Origin: Myxococcota bacterium
GTDB taxonomy: Bacteria; Myxococcota_A; UBA796; CAJQPC01
Assembly: GCA_036229005.1 (NCBI GenBank)
Contig: JAZAMN010000024.1
Location: 160,001-224,000 of the forward strand
Reading direction: 5' to 3'
Length of the DNA stretch: 64,000 nucleotides
Shown here one piece after another: positions 63,725 to 64,000 of this stretch. The notes under the pieces are model-generated. The model was given only the letters and a program-made list of their open reading frames with translations. It ran no database searches and had not been told where the DNA came from. Numbering within the stretch: position 1 is the stretch's first letter; the number at the start of each line of letters is the position of its first letter. A program made the position numbers and the translations under genes.

Positions 63725-64000
63725 ATGCTGCTTCTCCTTCTGTCCTGTGTCCCCAAGAACCCGTCGCCGCCCTCCGTTCAGGTCGAGACCTTCGAGTACG
63801 TCTGGAAGCTGGTCGGGCAGGTCTACCCCGACCCCGACATGGGGGGCGTCGACTGGCGCGCGGTGCACGACGAGCTGCTGCCCAAGGCGCAGGAGGCCGA
63901 GACCGCGGATCAGCTCCGGCCCACTCTGGGTGACATGATCGGGCGGCTGGAGGTCAGTCACTTTGCGGTGTACCCGGGGACCAAGCACGAGCCGGAGTTC
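63725..64000 (+). CDS. S41-family peptidase lipoprotein (partial; runs off window)
   Basis: My translation: MLLLLLSC...FEYVWKLVGQVYPDPDMGGVDWRAVHDELLP...MIGRLEVSH, typical of the S41 N-terminal helical domain. Confidence 0.7.
   Translation, partial: MLLLLLSCVPKNPSPPSVQVETFEYVWKLVGQVYPDPDMGGVDWRAVHDELLPKAQEAETADQLRPTLGDMIGRLEVSHFAVYPGTKHEPEF

Overview
High-GC bacterial chromosome segment, probably from a Myxococcota-like organism (inferred from the many lipoproteins, TPR proteins, DUF1501-type cluster and sigma-54 promoters). It is densely coding, with housekeeping genes (thyX, proB, gpmI, ltaE, mdh, sodN-sodX-Ni transporter, thiG/thiE, fused 2-oxoacid dehydrogenase E1, SNF2 helicase, RluA, two B12-binding radical SAM enzymes) and many secreted or lipoprotein hypotheticals. 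I saw no rRNA, tRNA, CRISPR array or transposase. The standout is a ~2 kb stretch without a credible CDS (23496-25477). It contains two TGTA-N10-TACA palindromes, a near-consensus sigma-54 promoter, and ~1.55 kb of purine-rich sequence packed with GNRA/UNCG-capped hairpins. Its 5' and 3' ends can base-pair, it has internal repeated modules, and it ends in a strong terminator. This is a candidate very large, enhancer-controlled structured non-coding RNA. Other signals: two unrelated 31-bp-period head-to-head repeat arrays in convergent intergenic gaps, a divergent multi-winged-helix / catalytically dead STAND-like gene pair, widespread leaderless promoters, ultra-short lipoprotein signal peptides and D-[ST]-[GA] linkers. 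Gene starts were re-picked by eye, and all family calls come from motif recognition, not database searches.
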